64,000 nt of DNA from Pelobium sp. (GTDB lineage: Bacteria; Bacteroidota; Bacteroidia; Sphingobacteriales; Sphingobacteriaceae). This document shows positions 1 through 9,914 of this stretch, piece by piece. Both the position numbers and the translations under genes were made by a program. The stretch covers positions 1,163 through 65,162 of the forward strand of contig DASVGY010000001.1 in NCBI GenBank assembly GCA_036379295.1, written 5' to 3'. Positions within the stretch are counted from its first letter, which is position 1. Each line of letters starts with the position of its first letter. Under the pieces are notes generated by a model. That model made no database searches. It was not told where the DNA came from and saw nothing but the letters and a program-made list of their open reading frames with translations.

Positions 1-36
1 ACCATTGCTAAAAATCTTGAATCTCGCCACAAATAA
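1..36 (+). CDS. 3' end of an upstream gene (…TIAKNLESRHK*), possibly HisIE
   Basis: Open frame from base 1 to TAA at 34-36. The L-x-x-R-H ending resembles HisE/HisIE C-termini, but only 11 codons are visible. Confidence 0.35.
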   Translation, partial: TIAKNLESRHK

Positions 37-49
37 AATAAAATTAAGG

Positions 50-122
50 GCGTCCGGGCGGGCTTTACGTTTCAATCTTTAGCGAAAAAACGCTAAAGGA
101 TTTACACTGCAATCCCTGACGC
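50..122. repeat. REP-like palindromic intergenic element
   Basis: Outer arms GCGTCCGGG (50-58) / CCCTGACGC (114-122); inner perfect hairpin CTTTAGCG-A6-CGCTAAAG (77-98); GC-rich in an AT-rich context. Confidence 0.55.
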
Positions 123-136
123 AAAAAAATCCGAAA

Positions 137-1033
137 ATGAAAGCCACTACCCTATCCGGACATAGCAATCCCATTTATGCGGTTATCAGTCACCCCACTG
201 CGGATGTTTTTTACACCGCAGGTAATGACAAAGGTATTGTAGAATGGGATTTAAACACTAAAGCACACAAAAGGGTTTTCAAAAAAATAAAACGTACCGT
301 TTACGCCTTAGAAATTGTTCCCGAGCTTAACGCATTGTACGCTGGTTGCAATGACGGAAATCTGCTGATTTTTGATTTAACTACAAGCGCCTTAAAAACC
401 ACCCTTAGCTTAGGTTCGGCTATATTTTCTCTCACCTATATCCCTAGTAAAGAGGAATTGATTTGCACTACAGAAAAAGGCTTGGTTTTTATATTATCAA
501 CCACCGAAAATGAGTTGGTACATCAGTTTCAGTCTGGGGTAGAAAAAGTGCGGTCTGTTGCTACCCATCAAAAATCAAATCTCTTAGCAACGGTTTCTAA
601 CGATGAAAACGTAAGAATTTACAACCTTGATGATTTTACTTTAATCCAGGGGTTTCAAGCGCATTCAAATGGCGTTGGTGCTGTCAGTTTTTCTCCGGAT
701 GGTGCAAAACTGGTAACTGGCGGTCGGGATGCCTTTTTAAATATTTATAACGTTTTTGATTGTTCTTTAATTCAAAAATTCCCTGCCCACCTATTTGCCA
801 TATATCAGATTGCCTTTCACCCCGTTGAACCTTATTTTGCAACAGCAAGCCGAGATAAATCTATCAAAATATGGCGCTCAGAAGACTATTCGCTTTTTAA
901 AGTTTTAAGTATAGATAAAGCCAGAGAAGGTCATATCTTATCGGTAAATGATATCGCCTGGAGTAATGATGGTAAACATTTATTATCCGTAGGAGATGAT
1001 AAATTTGTAAAAATTTGGGACTTTGAACCTTAA
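137..1033 (+). CDS. WD40-repeat beta-propeller protein
   Basis: Repeated GH/AH…S/G-x-D-x-x-I/V-x-I-W/Y units, e.g. ATASRDKSIKIW, SVGDDKFVKIWD. Confidence 0.9.
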   Translation: MKATTLSGHSNPIYAVISHPTADVFYTAGNDKGIVEWDLNTKAHKRVFKKIKRTVYALEIVPELNALYAGCNDGNLLIFDLTTSALKTTLSLGSAIFSLTYIPSKEELICTTEKGLVFILSTTENELVHQFQSGVEKVRSVATHQKSNLLATVSNDENVRIYNLDDFTLIQGFQAHSNGVGAVSFSPDGAKLVTGGRDAFLNIYNVFDCSLIQKFPAHLFAIYQIAFHPVEPYFATASRDKSIKIWRSEDYSLFKVLSIDKAREGHILSVNDIAWSNDGKHLLSVGDDKFVKIWDFEP

Positions 1034-1044
1034 AATCACCGCAT

Positions 1045-1077
1045 AAAAAAAGCGGCTCAAATGTGTGAACCGCTTTT
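1045..1077. terminator. Bidirectional intrinsic terminator between convergent WD40 gene and gltD
   Basis: AAAAGCGG…CCGCTTTT inverted repeat with A/T tails. Confidence 0.65.
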
Positions 1078-1097
1078 AAAAAAAATACGCTTAATTT

Positions 1098-2576
1098 TTA
1101 AACAGCATCCTCAAATAAGTTTACCGCTTCTTTGCTCTCTAAAGAAGAGTGCCCCATTAAGTATTCATCAACCCTACGAGCCGCTTCTCTTCCTTCTGAT
1201 ATCGCCCATACTACCAAAGACTGCCCTCTACGCATATCACCTGCGGCAAAAATTTTATCAACGCTGGTCTTGTATTTACCCTCAATGGCGTCTACATTTT
1301 TACGTCCGTCTAGTTTAACGCCTAATTGCTCCAACATCCCTTCGTATTGTGGATTTAAGAAACCCATTGCTAAAAATACTCTTTCGCAAGGGATAATTCT
1401 TTCGGTTCCTTCTACACCAGTAAACTTGGTCGGCCTACCTAAAAAGTCTTTCTCCCACTCTACCTCACTTATTTTTAGCCCAGTTAAGTTTCCGTCTGCA
1501 TCGCCAATAAATTCCGAGGTGTTTATCGCCCAAAAACGTTCACAGCCTTCTTCATGAGAACTGGTTGTCTTTAAAAGCATAGGATATTGTGGCCAAGGCA
1601 TATTTATGGTTCTTTCTTTTGGTGGTTGAAACATCAACTCAAACTGAGTAACTGATTTTGCTCCTTGTCGATTAGAAGTCCCAACACAGTCAGAACCAGT
1701 ATCTCCACCACCAATAACCACTACGTTTTTATCTTTTGCAGAAATCTCTTCTTCATTAACAGCTATTCCGGCAACGCGTTTGTTTGATTGCTTCAAAAAT
1801 TGCATGGCAAAATAGATTCCCTTCAACTGCCTACCCGGAATCGGTAAATCTCGAGGGATTGTTGAACCACCTGCTAATACAACTGCATCAAAATTAGCTA
1901 CCAATTCATTTGCATTGATATCTTTACCAACTTCGGTGTTAAATTTAAAATTGATACCGCTCTCCTTCATCACTTCTACCCTACGCTGAACTACCGTTTT
2001 CTCTAATTTAAAATCCGGAATACCGTATCTTAAAAGTCCACCCGCGTGGTCATCTCTTTCAAAAACAGTTACATCATGCCCAACTTTATTCAACTGCGCC
2101 GCAGCTGCTAAACCCGCAGGACCAGAGCCAACAATAGCTACTGATTTGCCTGTTTTTAAAATCGGCTTGTACGCTTTTACAAAACCTTTCTCAAATGCAA
2201 TTTCAATAATGTGTTTTTCAATTTCTTCAATTGCTATCGCTGGCTTGTTAATGCCCAAAACGCAGGCAGACTCACACGGAGCCGGACAAATTCTTCCAGT
2301 AAACTCCGGAAAATTGTTGGTTGAACTTAAAATTTTATAAGCTTCTTCCCAATTTTCTTTGTAAACCGCATCGTTAAACTCGGGAATTACGTTACCCAGC
2401 GGACAACCATTGTGGCAAAACGGAATACCGCAATTCATACACCTTGCAGCTTGTTGGTTCAGCTTTTCGGCCGGGTACATACCCACAAACTCCTTGTAAT
2501 TTTTTACCCTCTCTTTTGCAGGTACTTTTTCTGGGAGCTCTCTGCCAAACTCCATAAAACCAGTAATTTTTCCCAT
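1098..2576 (-). CDS. gltD: Glutamate synthase small (beta) subunit
   Basis: MGKITGF start, RCMNCGIPFCHNGCP Fe-S motif, GSGPAG, GDMRRGQSLVVWAI. Confidence 0.97.
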   Translation of the reverse strand: MGKITGFMEFGRELPEKVPAKERVKNYKEFVGMYPAEKLNQQAARCMNCGIPFCHNGCPLGNVIPEFNDAVYKENWEEAYKILSSTNNFPEFTGRICPAPCESACVLGINKPAIAIEEIEKHIIEIAFEKGFVKAYKPILKTGKSVAIVGSGPAGLAAAAQLNKVGHDVTVFERDDHAGGLLRYGIPDFKLEKTVVQRRVEVMKESGINFKFNTEVGKDINANELVANFDAVVLAGGSTIPRDLPIPGRQLKGIYFAMQFLKQSNKRVAGIAVNEEEISAKDKNVVVIGGGDTGSDCVGTSNRQGAKSVTQFELMFQPPKERTINMPWPQYPMLLKTTSSHEEGCERFWAINTSEFIGDADGNLTGLKISEVEWEKDFLGRPTKFTGVEGTERIIPCERVFLAMGFLNPQYEGMLEQLGVKLDGRKNVDAIEGKYKTSVDKIFAAGDMRRGQSLVVWAISEGREAARRVDEYLMGHSSLESKEAVNLFEDAV

Positions 2577-2577
2577 C

Positions 2578-5500
2578 TTAACTAATTGTTTCTAATTGCT
2601 TTTTCTCTGCCAAAACTCTTTTAAACTCTTTAGGAAATACTTTGATAAATTTCCGAGATTCCTCTTTCCAATTCTCTACCAGGCGCTTGGCCACAGTGCT
2701 TTCTGTTAATTGGTTGTGCTTGCGTAAAAGCTTAATAATTAATTCTTCATCTTTTATTTCTAGCGGATCTAGATCTACCATCTCCATATTGCAGTTGTCT
2801 TTAAATCCACCGTCGATGTCGTAAATTAGTGCCACGCCGCCGCTCATACCAGCAGCAAAGTTTCTACCAGCTTTGCCAATAATCAAAGCGATTCCACCCG
2901 TCATGTATTCGCAGCCATGGTCTCCAACTCCTTCAACAACGGCTGTTGCTCCAGAATTCCTAACCGCAAAACGTTCGCCTGCCTGCCCTCTGATAAATAA
3001 TTCACCAGATGTTGCGCCATAGAGTACAACATTACCCACTATCATATTGTCTTCTGATACAAAAGTGGCATCCTTTGAAGGATAAACGGCCAACTGTGCG
3101 CCAGATAAACCTTTCCCCACGTAATCATTTGCCTCACCTTCAAGCTCAAAAGAAATCCCTTTTGCTGCAAATGCGCCAAAACTTTGCCCTGCAGATCCGG
3201 TAAATTTATAATTGATGGTATTGTCTGGCAATCCCGCCGAACCGTAAATTTTAGCTATTTCATTAGAAAGCATGGTCCCCACAGTTCTGTCCGTGTTTTT
3301 TAGCGTAAACTCGCCAAATACCGGCGTTTTACTTTCAAGCGCAATTTTGGCGTTTTCTAAAAGCTTCCAATCAATAATGTTATCCATACCGTGATCTTGG
3401 CTTTCACTGTTGTAAAGTGTAAGGTCTTTTGGGTAAACCATTGGCTGCAACAGCGCAGAAAAATCTAATTTTTTAGCTTTCCAATGCGTAACATCTGGGC
3501 GCACTTTTAAAAACTGAACTCTTCCAACCATTTCGTTGATGGTTTTAAAGCCAAGCTCTGCCATAATTTCCCTTAGTTCCTCGGCCATAAATTTAAACAG
3601 GTTAACCACATGTTCTGGTTTACCGGTAAATAATTTCCTCAACTCCGGGTCCTGGGTTGCTACGCCAACAGGGCAAGTATTCAAATGACACTTCCGCATC
3701 ATAATGCAACCGCCAACAACTAGCGCTGCAGTAGCAACGCCCCATTCTTCTGCACCTAATAAAGCAGCAATTGCTAAATCTCTACCCGTTTTTAGCTGAC
3801 CATCGGCTTGTAAAACTACGCGGCTCCTTAACTTATTTTTAACCAGGGTTTGGTGTGCCTCGGCTAAACCTAGTTCCCAAGGTAAGCCAGCGTGTTTGAT
3901 AGAACTTATTGGGGACGCCCCTGTTCCACCATCATACCCTGCAATTAAAATCACATCGGCATGTGCCTTGGCAACACCGGCGGCAATTGTACCCACACCA
4001 GCTTTAGACACCAATTTAACATTAATTCTTGCAGCTCGGTTGGCATTTTTTAAATCGAAAATAAGCTGCGCTAAATCTTCGATAGAATAAATATCGTGAT
4101 GTGGCGGCGGAGAAATTAAACCTACTCCCGGCGTTGAATGACGGGTTTTTGCAATCCAATCATCAACCTTATGTCCGGGCAACTGTCCGCCTTCTCCAGG
4201 CTTAGCACCTTGAGCCATTTTTATCTGTAGCTCATCTGCGTTGGTTAAGTAGTTAATCGTTACGCCAAATCTGCCGGAAGCAACCTGTTTAATGGCCGAT
4301 CGCATAGAATCTCCGTTCTCCATTAACTTGTACCGCATTTCATCCTCTCCACCTTCGCCAGTGTTGCTTTTACCGCCAATTCTGTTCATGGCGATGGCAA
4401 GCGTACTATGTGCCTCGTGAGAAATGGAGCCAAATGACATTGCGCCAGTAGCAAAGCGCTTCATAATATTTTCTGCTGGCTCAACCTCGTCAATTGAAAT
4501 TGGCTCGCGGTGCTTTGCAAAATCTAAAAGTCCACGCAAAGTGTACATTTTTTCCTTTTGGTTATTTACAGCCTGAGCGTATTTTTTGTAGGTTTCGTAA
4601 TCTCCAGTGCGGGTAGAATGTTGTAAAAGATGAACAGTGGTAGGGTTAAACAAGTGCGCCTCGCCCCTACGTTTCCACTGATAAATTCCCCCTTCTGGCA
4701 GCAATTGCTCGGCATCACCTTTAAAACCAGAAACATGTTTGGATAGCGCCTCCCTAGCGATTTCATCCAAGCCTAAGCCTCCAATCCTACTAATCCCACC
4801 AGAAAAATAATGGTCAACAACATCTTTGTTAATCCCTAAAATCTCAAAAATTTGAGAACCATGATATGATTGTAAAGTAGATATTCCCATCTTGGAAAAT
4901 ATCTTAAGTAAACCATCACAAACTGCCTTCACATAGTTTTTTACCAAATTCTTTTCATCCAATGGCGTATCGTAACGTTCATCTGCTTTTATAGCATATA
5001 TTGAGGCTAAAGCTAGGTAAGGATTAATAGCGGTAGCACCAAAAGCTAATAAACAAGCAAAATGATGAACTTCCCAAACGTCTCCGGCCTCAACCACCAA
5101 TCCAACAGCTCCTCTTAAACCCTTTTTAATTAAGAAGTGATGTACTGCTGAAACGGCTAACAATGACGGGATTGGAGCATGCTCAGAATCTATGGCTCTA
5201 TCCGAAAGAATAAGCACCTCGAAACCGTCGTTAACGGCATCCTCAGCGTAACGGCAAAGCCTGTCTATACCTCTTTGCAAAGATCCCTCAAGCCCATCTG
5301 CCTTAAAATATGTTTGTAGTGTTTTAGCATTAAATAAGCCGGTATCAATACTTCTTAATTTTTCTAACTCCTGATCATTTAATATCGGTTGCTTTAAGGT
5401 AACGCAGTGGCAGTGCATTTTATCCTCATCAAGGATGTTACCGTTGTTGCCTATAAAAGTAGCCAAACTCATTACCAAACGCTCGCGAATTGGATCAATT

Positions 5501-7098
5501 GGAGGATTGGTTACCTGAGCAAAAAATTGTTTAAAGTAACTTGATAAATGCTGAGGCCTATCAGATAAAACCGCTAACGGAACATCTGTTCCCATAGAAC
5601 CGATTGGCTCTTTACCATCCAAAGCCATTGGCTTAATAATGGTATCAATATCTTCCCTAGAATAACCGAAAACCTTTTGGTAACGATAAACGGATTCTTT
5701 AGACATTTGAGTAAAAGAAACACGCGGTTCTGGCAACTCTTCTAACCTGATTTTATAATTATTTAACCAATCGCTGTAAGGTTGGCGACCAGCAATTTGA
5801 TGTTTGATTTCTTCATCGGTAATAATTTTACCATGTTCGATATCAATTAAAAACATTTTACCGGGCTGTAAGCGGCCTTTGCGTAACACTGTTTTTTCGT
5901 CTATTTTTAAAACCCCAGCTTCTGAGGCCACAATTACTCTATCGTCATTTGTGATTGCATACCTTAGCGGCCGTAAGCCATTTCTATCTAAAATAGAACC
6001 AATTACCTTACCATCGGTAAAAGTTAAAGCAGCCGGCCCATCCCAAGGTTCCATTATGGTGGCGTGAAACTCGTAAAAAGCTTTCTTGATTGGGTCCATT
6101 GCTTCGTTACCGTCCCAAGCTTCGGGCACAAGCATCATCATCACATGGGGCAATGAACGACCGGAATGCATCAAAACTTCAACAATGTTATCTAAACAAG
6201 CAGAATCTGACTGGTTATTATCAATAACAGGCAATAAAATCTCCATTTCTTCTGGCGTAAAGTATGGCGAAACGTAAGATCTTACGCCGGCATAAAACCA
6301 GTTTAGGTTACCTGTTAATGTGTTAATCTCACCGTTGTGAGACATATATCTGAACGGTTGAGCTAATTTCCATGAAGGGAAAGTGTTAGTTGAAAAACGC
6401 GAATGAATCATACCAAACGCCGAAACAACTCGCTCATCTTGCAAATCCTGGTAATATTGCCTTACCTGGTAAGTGGTCAGTTGACCTTTATAAACAATTA
6501 CTCTTGATGAAAGAGAGGTAAAATAAAACTCTCCTTCCGTAGCGCCTACTTTTTCGGTAAGTGTTTTACTGATTAAGCGTCTTAAAACATACAACTTACG
6601 CTCAAATTCGTCATTATCAATAATAAAATCGGGCTTTCCAACAAAAATTTGGCGGACTAATGGCTCAACTGATCTGGCGGTTTCGCCTACCACTTCAGAA
6701 TTTACGGGCACTTTTCTATATCCTAAAATCGGCAGTTTTAACTGGGCGGCACAAGCTTCAACTATTTTTCGCAAAGCCTTTCTATCATGACCGTTTTTGG
6801 GTAAAAACATCATACCCACGCCATAACTACCCGGTTCTGGCAAAGCAATTGCTTGAGCGGTACACTCATCAAGAAAAAATTCGTGAGGTATTTGTATCAT
6901 AATACCTGCACCATCTCCACTGTCTGGGTCGCAACCGCAAGCGCCGCGGTGTTCCATGTTTTCAAGCATGGTAAGGGCGTCAACAATGTTTTGATGAGAC
7001 TTTTTTCCGTTAATGTTTGTGATAAAACCTGTACCACATGCATCATGTTCAAACTTAGCGTCGTATAATCCTTCTCGAGTCTGATCTGGTTGATTCAT
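2578..7098 (-). CDS. gltB: Glutamate synthase large (alpha) subunit
   Basis: EHDAC(G) Ntn-amidotransferase start, HSRFSTNT, QGAKPGEGGQLPG, CHLNTCPVGVATQ, GXGXG domain; 1506 aa. Confidence 0.98.
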   Translation of the reverse strand: MNQPDQTREGLYDAKFEHDACGTGFITNINGKKSHQNIVDALTMLENMEHRGACGCDPDSGDGAGIMIQIPHEFFLDECTAQAIALPEPGSYGVGMMFLPKNGHDRKALRKIVEACAAQLKLPILGYRKVPVNSEVVGETARSVEPLVRQIFVGKPDFIIDNDEFERKLYVLRRLISKTLTEKVGATEGEFYFTSLSSRVIVYKGQLTTYQVRQYYQDLQDERVVSAFGMIHSRFSTNTFPSWKLAQPFRYMSHNGEINTLTGNLNWFYAGVRSYVSPYFTPEEMEILLPVIDNNQSDSACLDNIVEVLMHSGRSLPHVMMMLVPEAWDGNEAMDPIKKAFYEFHATIMEPWDGPAALTFTDGKVIGSILDRNGLRPLRYAITNDDRVIVASEAGVLKIDEKTVLRKGRLQPGKMFLIDIEHGKIITDEEIKHQIAGRQPYSDWLNNYKIRLEELPEPRVSFTQMSKESVYRYQKVFGYSREDIDTIIKPMALDGKEPIGSMGTDVPLAVLSDRPQHLSSYFKQFFAQVTNPPIDPIRERLVMSLATFIGNNGNILDEDKMHCHCVTLKQPILNDQELEKLRSIDTGLFNAKTLQTYFKADGLEGSLQRGIDRLCRYAEDAVNDGFEVLILSDRAIDSEHAPIPSLLAVSAVHHFLIKKGLRGAVGLVVEAGDVWEVHHFACLLAFGATAINPYLALASIYAIKADERYDTPLDEKNLVKNYVKAVCDGLLKIFSKMGISTLQSYHGSQIFEILGINKDVVDHYFSGGISRIGGLGLDEIAREALSKHVSGFKGDAEQLLPEGGIYQWKRRGEAHLFNPTTVHLLQHSTRTGDYETYKKYAQAVNNQKEKMYTLRGLLDFAKHREPISIDEVEPAENIMKRFATGAMSFGSISHEAHSTLAIAMNRIGGKSNTGEGGEDEMRYKLMENGDSMRSAIKQVASGRFGVTINYLTNADELQIKMAQGAKPGEGGQLPGHKVDDWIAKTRHSTPGVGLISPPPHHDIYSIEDLAQLIFDLKNANRAARINVKLVSKAGVGTIAAGVAKAHADVILIAGYDGGTGASPISSIKHAGLPWELGLAEAHQTLVKNKLRSRVVLQADGQLKTGRDLAIAALLGAEEWGVATAALVVGGCIMMRKCHLNTCPVGVATQDPELRKLFTGKPEHVVNLFKFMAEELREIMAELGFKTINEMVGRVQFLKVRPDVTHWKAKKLDFSALLQPMVYPKDLTLYNSESQDHGMDNIIDWKLLENAKIALESKTPVFGEFTLKNTDRTVGTMLSNEIAKIYGSAGLPDNTINYKFTGSAGQSFGAFAAKGISFELEGEANDYVGKGLSGAQLAVYPSKDATFVSEDNMIVGNVVLYGATSGELFIRGQAGERFAVRNSGATAVVEGVGDHGCEYMTGGIALIIGKAGRNFAAGMSGGVALIYDIDGGFKDNCNMEMVDLDPLEIKDEELIIKLLRKHNQLTESTVAKRLVENWKEESRKFIKVFPKEFKRVLAEKKQLETIS

Positions 7099-7455
7099 TC
7101 AAATATATTTTTAATTGTGTTGGGCGTTCAAAATATGAATAAATTGAATAAAAAAATTAACGCATTTTTTTTTTATGAAATATATAAGAAAACACCCACA
7201 AAAACCTTAAAATTTTAAAGAAAATTTAATATTTACACCTGATTTTTCAAAATAAATCAACGAAAGCTTCATTTAGTTGACGTTTCAGAATTAGTAGCGC
7301 AAGAAATTTTTAGCTCATTTTAAGCGTAAAACGTCGAGATTGGCTAAAATAAAATGATTTTTAATCATTTGAGCTTGTGTTAGAGGATATTAACAATCTT
7401 GTTTAGCAAACCTATTGAATTTTATTTTAAGTATGTTTACCGAAAAATTAAAAGA

Positions 7456-7947
7456 ATGAATTTTAAAAAAGCAGTTTTTTTAGACAGAGACGGCGTAATT
7501 AACAGAGAACTGGGCGATTATGTATGTAGGTTAGAAGATTTTAAAATTCTCGACCACAATTATGAAGCCTTAAGAGAAATACAAAAGCGTGGTTACCTAC
7601 TTTTAGTTGCTACCAACCAAGGCGGCCTAGCAAAAGGCTGGTACACAGAGGATTTACTAAACGAAATGCATCAATTAGTAGATGCCGATTATCAAAAATA
7701 CGAAATTAAAATCTCGCACTTTTATTTTTGTCCGCACCATCCGGATTTTACTGGGGAGTGCGACTGCAGAAAGCCGAAACCAGGCTTACTTTTAAAAGGT
7801 ATAAAAGATTTTAATTTAAAGCCAGAGCTATGCTATTTTATAGGCGATAAATATACTGATGTTGAAGCGGCGCAGGCAGCAGGGATGACAGGTATAAAAA
7901 TAGAAATTGACCAACCACTAGGTGAAATATTACATTTGATAAGATAA
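7456..7947 (+). CDS. gmhB: HAD-IIIA phosphatase, GmhB / histidinol-phosphatase-like
   Basis: FLDRDGVIN, TNQGG, CPHHP, CDCRKPKPG, IGD motifs. ATG at 7456 preferred over TTG at 7399. Confidence 0.8.
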   Translation: MNFKKAVFLDRDGVINRELGDYVCRLEDFKILDHNYEALREIQKRGYLLLVATNQGGLAKGWYTEDLLNEMHQLVDADYQKYEIKISHFYFCPHHPDFTGECDCRKPKPGLLLKGIKDFNLKPELCYFIGDKYTDVEAAQAAGMTGIKIEIDQPLGEILHLIR

Positions 7948-7976
7948 AACCAATTAAATAAAAGTGGGGGGATTAT

Positions 7977-8663
7977 ATGTTGGATGTTAGAATGAATAGG
8001 ACAAAAAAAATTAAAAGAATTATATTAGTTTTTGCAGCTCTTTTTTTAAACAAACTTAGCTTTTCGCAAAGTAACCTAAAGGGATATTTAATGCCTACTT
8101 TGTCTGTTGCTTATCCGATAAATAAAAAAATAAGCCAAAAAATTGATTTAGAAAGCCGCAATTTTACCTATCTAAACAATGAATATCAGCTAAAAGCTAA
8201 ACATTTAGAGATTTTAAATTCTACAAAATTAAGGCTTTCTGAAACCAAATCCGCAGCGATTGGCGTAAGGTACCGTGTTGAATTAGATAAAAATTCAGAA
8301 AACGAATTTCGTTTACACCAACAATACGAATGGCAGAAAAACAAGGCATCAATTTTTCAACAAAGGCTTAGAATGGAGGAGAGGATTTATCGGTCTCAAA
8401 CAAAATTTCGGTTGCGCTATAAAAGCGGTTTTGCTTTTGATATGGAATCTTTTTGCGATGTGCTCAATCTATCGAATGAGTTGATGGTTGAGCTGACAAA
8501 GTACGCCAGATCAGATTATGAAGAACGCTTGTTAGCGGAAGCCGAGTGGGAGTTAAAAGATAAAACTAAGCTAGCCGTTGGAACTCAATATCGATTATCA
8601 GACTTTACACATAAACCGTCGCACAACATTTTTATTACCGCTGGGTTAACGTTTAATCTTTAA
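7977..8663 (+). CDS. DUF2490-like outer-membrane beta-barrel protein
   Basis: Signal peptide, ENEFRLHQQY, QRLRMEER and FRLRY patterns, amphipathic C-terminal strand. The start may be ATG 7992. Confidence 0.65.
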   Translation: MLDVRMNRTKKIKRIILVFAALFLNKLSFSQSNLKGYLMPTLSVAYPINKKISQKIDLESRNFTYLNNEYQLKAKHLEILNSTKLRLSETKSAAIGVRYRVELDKNSENEFRLHQQYEWQKNKASIFQQRLRMEERIYRSQTKFRLRYKSGFAFDMESFCDVLNLSNELMVELTKYARSDYEERLLAEAEWELKDKTKLAVGTQYRLSDFTHKPSHNIFITAGLTFNL

Positions 8664-8696
8664 AAAAAAGCGCCAATAACAAAAGTTAATGGCGCT
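8662..8696 (-). terminator. Intrinsic terminator of lysC-lysA
   Basis: Minus strand AGCGCCATTAAC-TTTT-GTTATTGGCGCT followed by a T run. Confidence 0.7.
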
Positions 8697-8715
8697 CTGA
8701 TACAATAAAAACAGT

Positions 8716-9912
8716 TTATTCTCCTGAAAACACGTGTCTGATATCGGGGCGTAAATTATAGGCTGAGGCCATCACTTCTCCGTAGGCACCTGCGGTTCTT
8801 AAAGCTATTAAATCTCCCCGTTTTGTTTCTGGCATGGCTACATCTTTGCCAAAACAATCTGAGGATTCGCAAATTGGGCCAACAACGTCATAATTTACAG
8901 TTGAAAGCTCCGGCGAGTCTATTATTTTTTCGCTTTCAACTTTTAACTTTGAGATGTTTTCAATTTTGTGGTAAGCCTGATATAAAGCCGGGCGCATTAA
9001 TTCTGTCATTCCGGCATCTAAAACAGTAAAGTTCTTTTTGATCCCGTTTTTAATATATAAAACTCTAGAAATTAAACTACTACATTGAGCAACTAAAGCT
9101 CTACCTAACTCAAAATGAACTTCTTGGTGTGGCTTTACCGTCAAAAAATCAGCAAAAATTTTAAAATAAGCCTCAAAATCTGAAATTGGGTTTTCATCAG
9201 GATTTTGGTAATCAACACCTAAACCACCGCCAACGTTCAACACCTTTACTGGCATTCCGCGTTCTTCAAACCAGGCTTGCATTTCGTTAACCTTTACGCA
9301 TAAACTTTTAAACACGTTCATGTCTAAAATCTGAGAACCTACATGAAAATGGATTCCCAAAAAACTTAAATTTTTTGAGTCTTTAAGCGTTTCGGCAACA
9401 AGCGGCAAATCCCAGGAGTTAATGCCAAACTTGTTTTCATCTAAACCTGTGGTGATGTAATGGTGCGTATGCGCATCAACATTTGGGTTAATTCTGATGG
9501 CAACATTAGCCACTTTGTTTTTTGCCGCTGCCATTTCATTAATAACTTCTAGCTCTTGAATTGATTCTACATTAAATGCAAAAATATCTTGATCTAAAGC
9601 GTAATTTATTTCACTATCAGACTTCCCTACACCAGCAAAAACTATCTGCTGCGAGTTAAAACCGGTTTCAACGGCCTTTTTCACTTCGCCACCCGAAACG
9701 CAATCTGCACCAAAACCCTGCGCTTTAATAATTGCCAAAACCCGCTCATTAAAGTTAGATTTTAGCGCAAAATGTACATGGTAGTTGTATTTATCGGCAG
9801 CAATGGCACAGGTTTGTAAAGTGCGCTTGAGCAGATTTAAATCGTAATAATAAAATGGCGTTTCTTTATTTTGAAAAGAATCAACAATATTTTGGTTAAA
9901 CATTTTTGTCAT
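8716..9912 (-). CDS. lysA: Diaminopimelate decarboxylase
   Basis: FALKSN PLP lysine, NKFG, HFHVGSQ, GGGLG, VVGPICESSD, GAYG. Confidence 0.95.
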   Translation of the reverse strand: MTKMFNQNIVDSFQNKETPFYYYDLNLLKRTLQTCAIAADKYNYHVHFALKSNFNERVLAIIKAQGFGADCVSGGEVKKAVETGFNSQQIVFAGVGKSDSEINYALDQDIFAFNVESIQELEVINEMAAAKNKVANVAIRINPNVDAHTHHYITTGLDENKFGINSWDLPLVAETLKDSKNLSFLGIHFHVGSQILDMNVFKSLCVKVNEMQAWFEERGMPVKVLNVGGGLGVDYQNPDENPISDFEAYFKIFADFLTVKPHQEVHFELGRALVAQCSSLISRVLYIKNGIKKNFTVLDAGMTELMRPALYQAYHKIENISKLKVESEKIIDSPELSTVNYDVVGPICESSDCFGKDVAMPETKRGDLIALRTAGAYGEVMASAYNLRPDIRHVFSGE

Positions 9913-9914
9913 CC

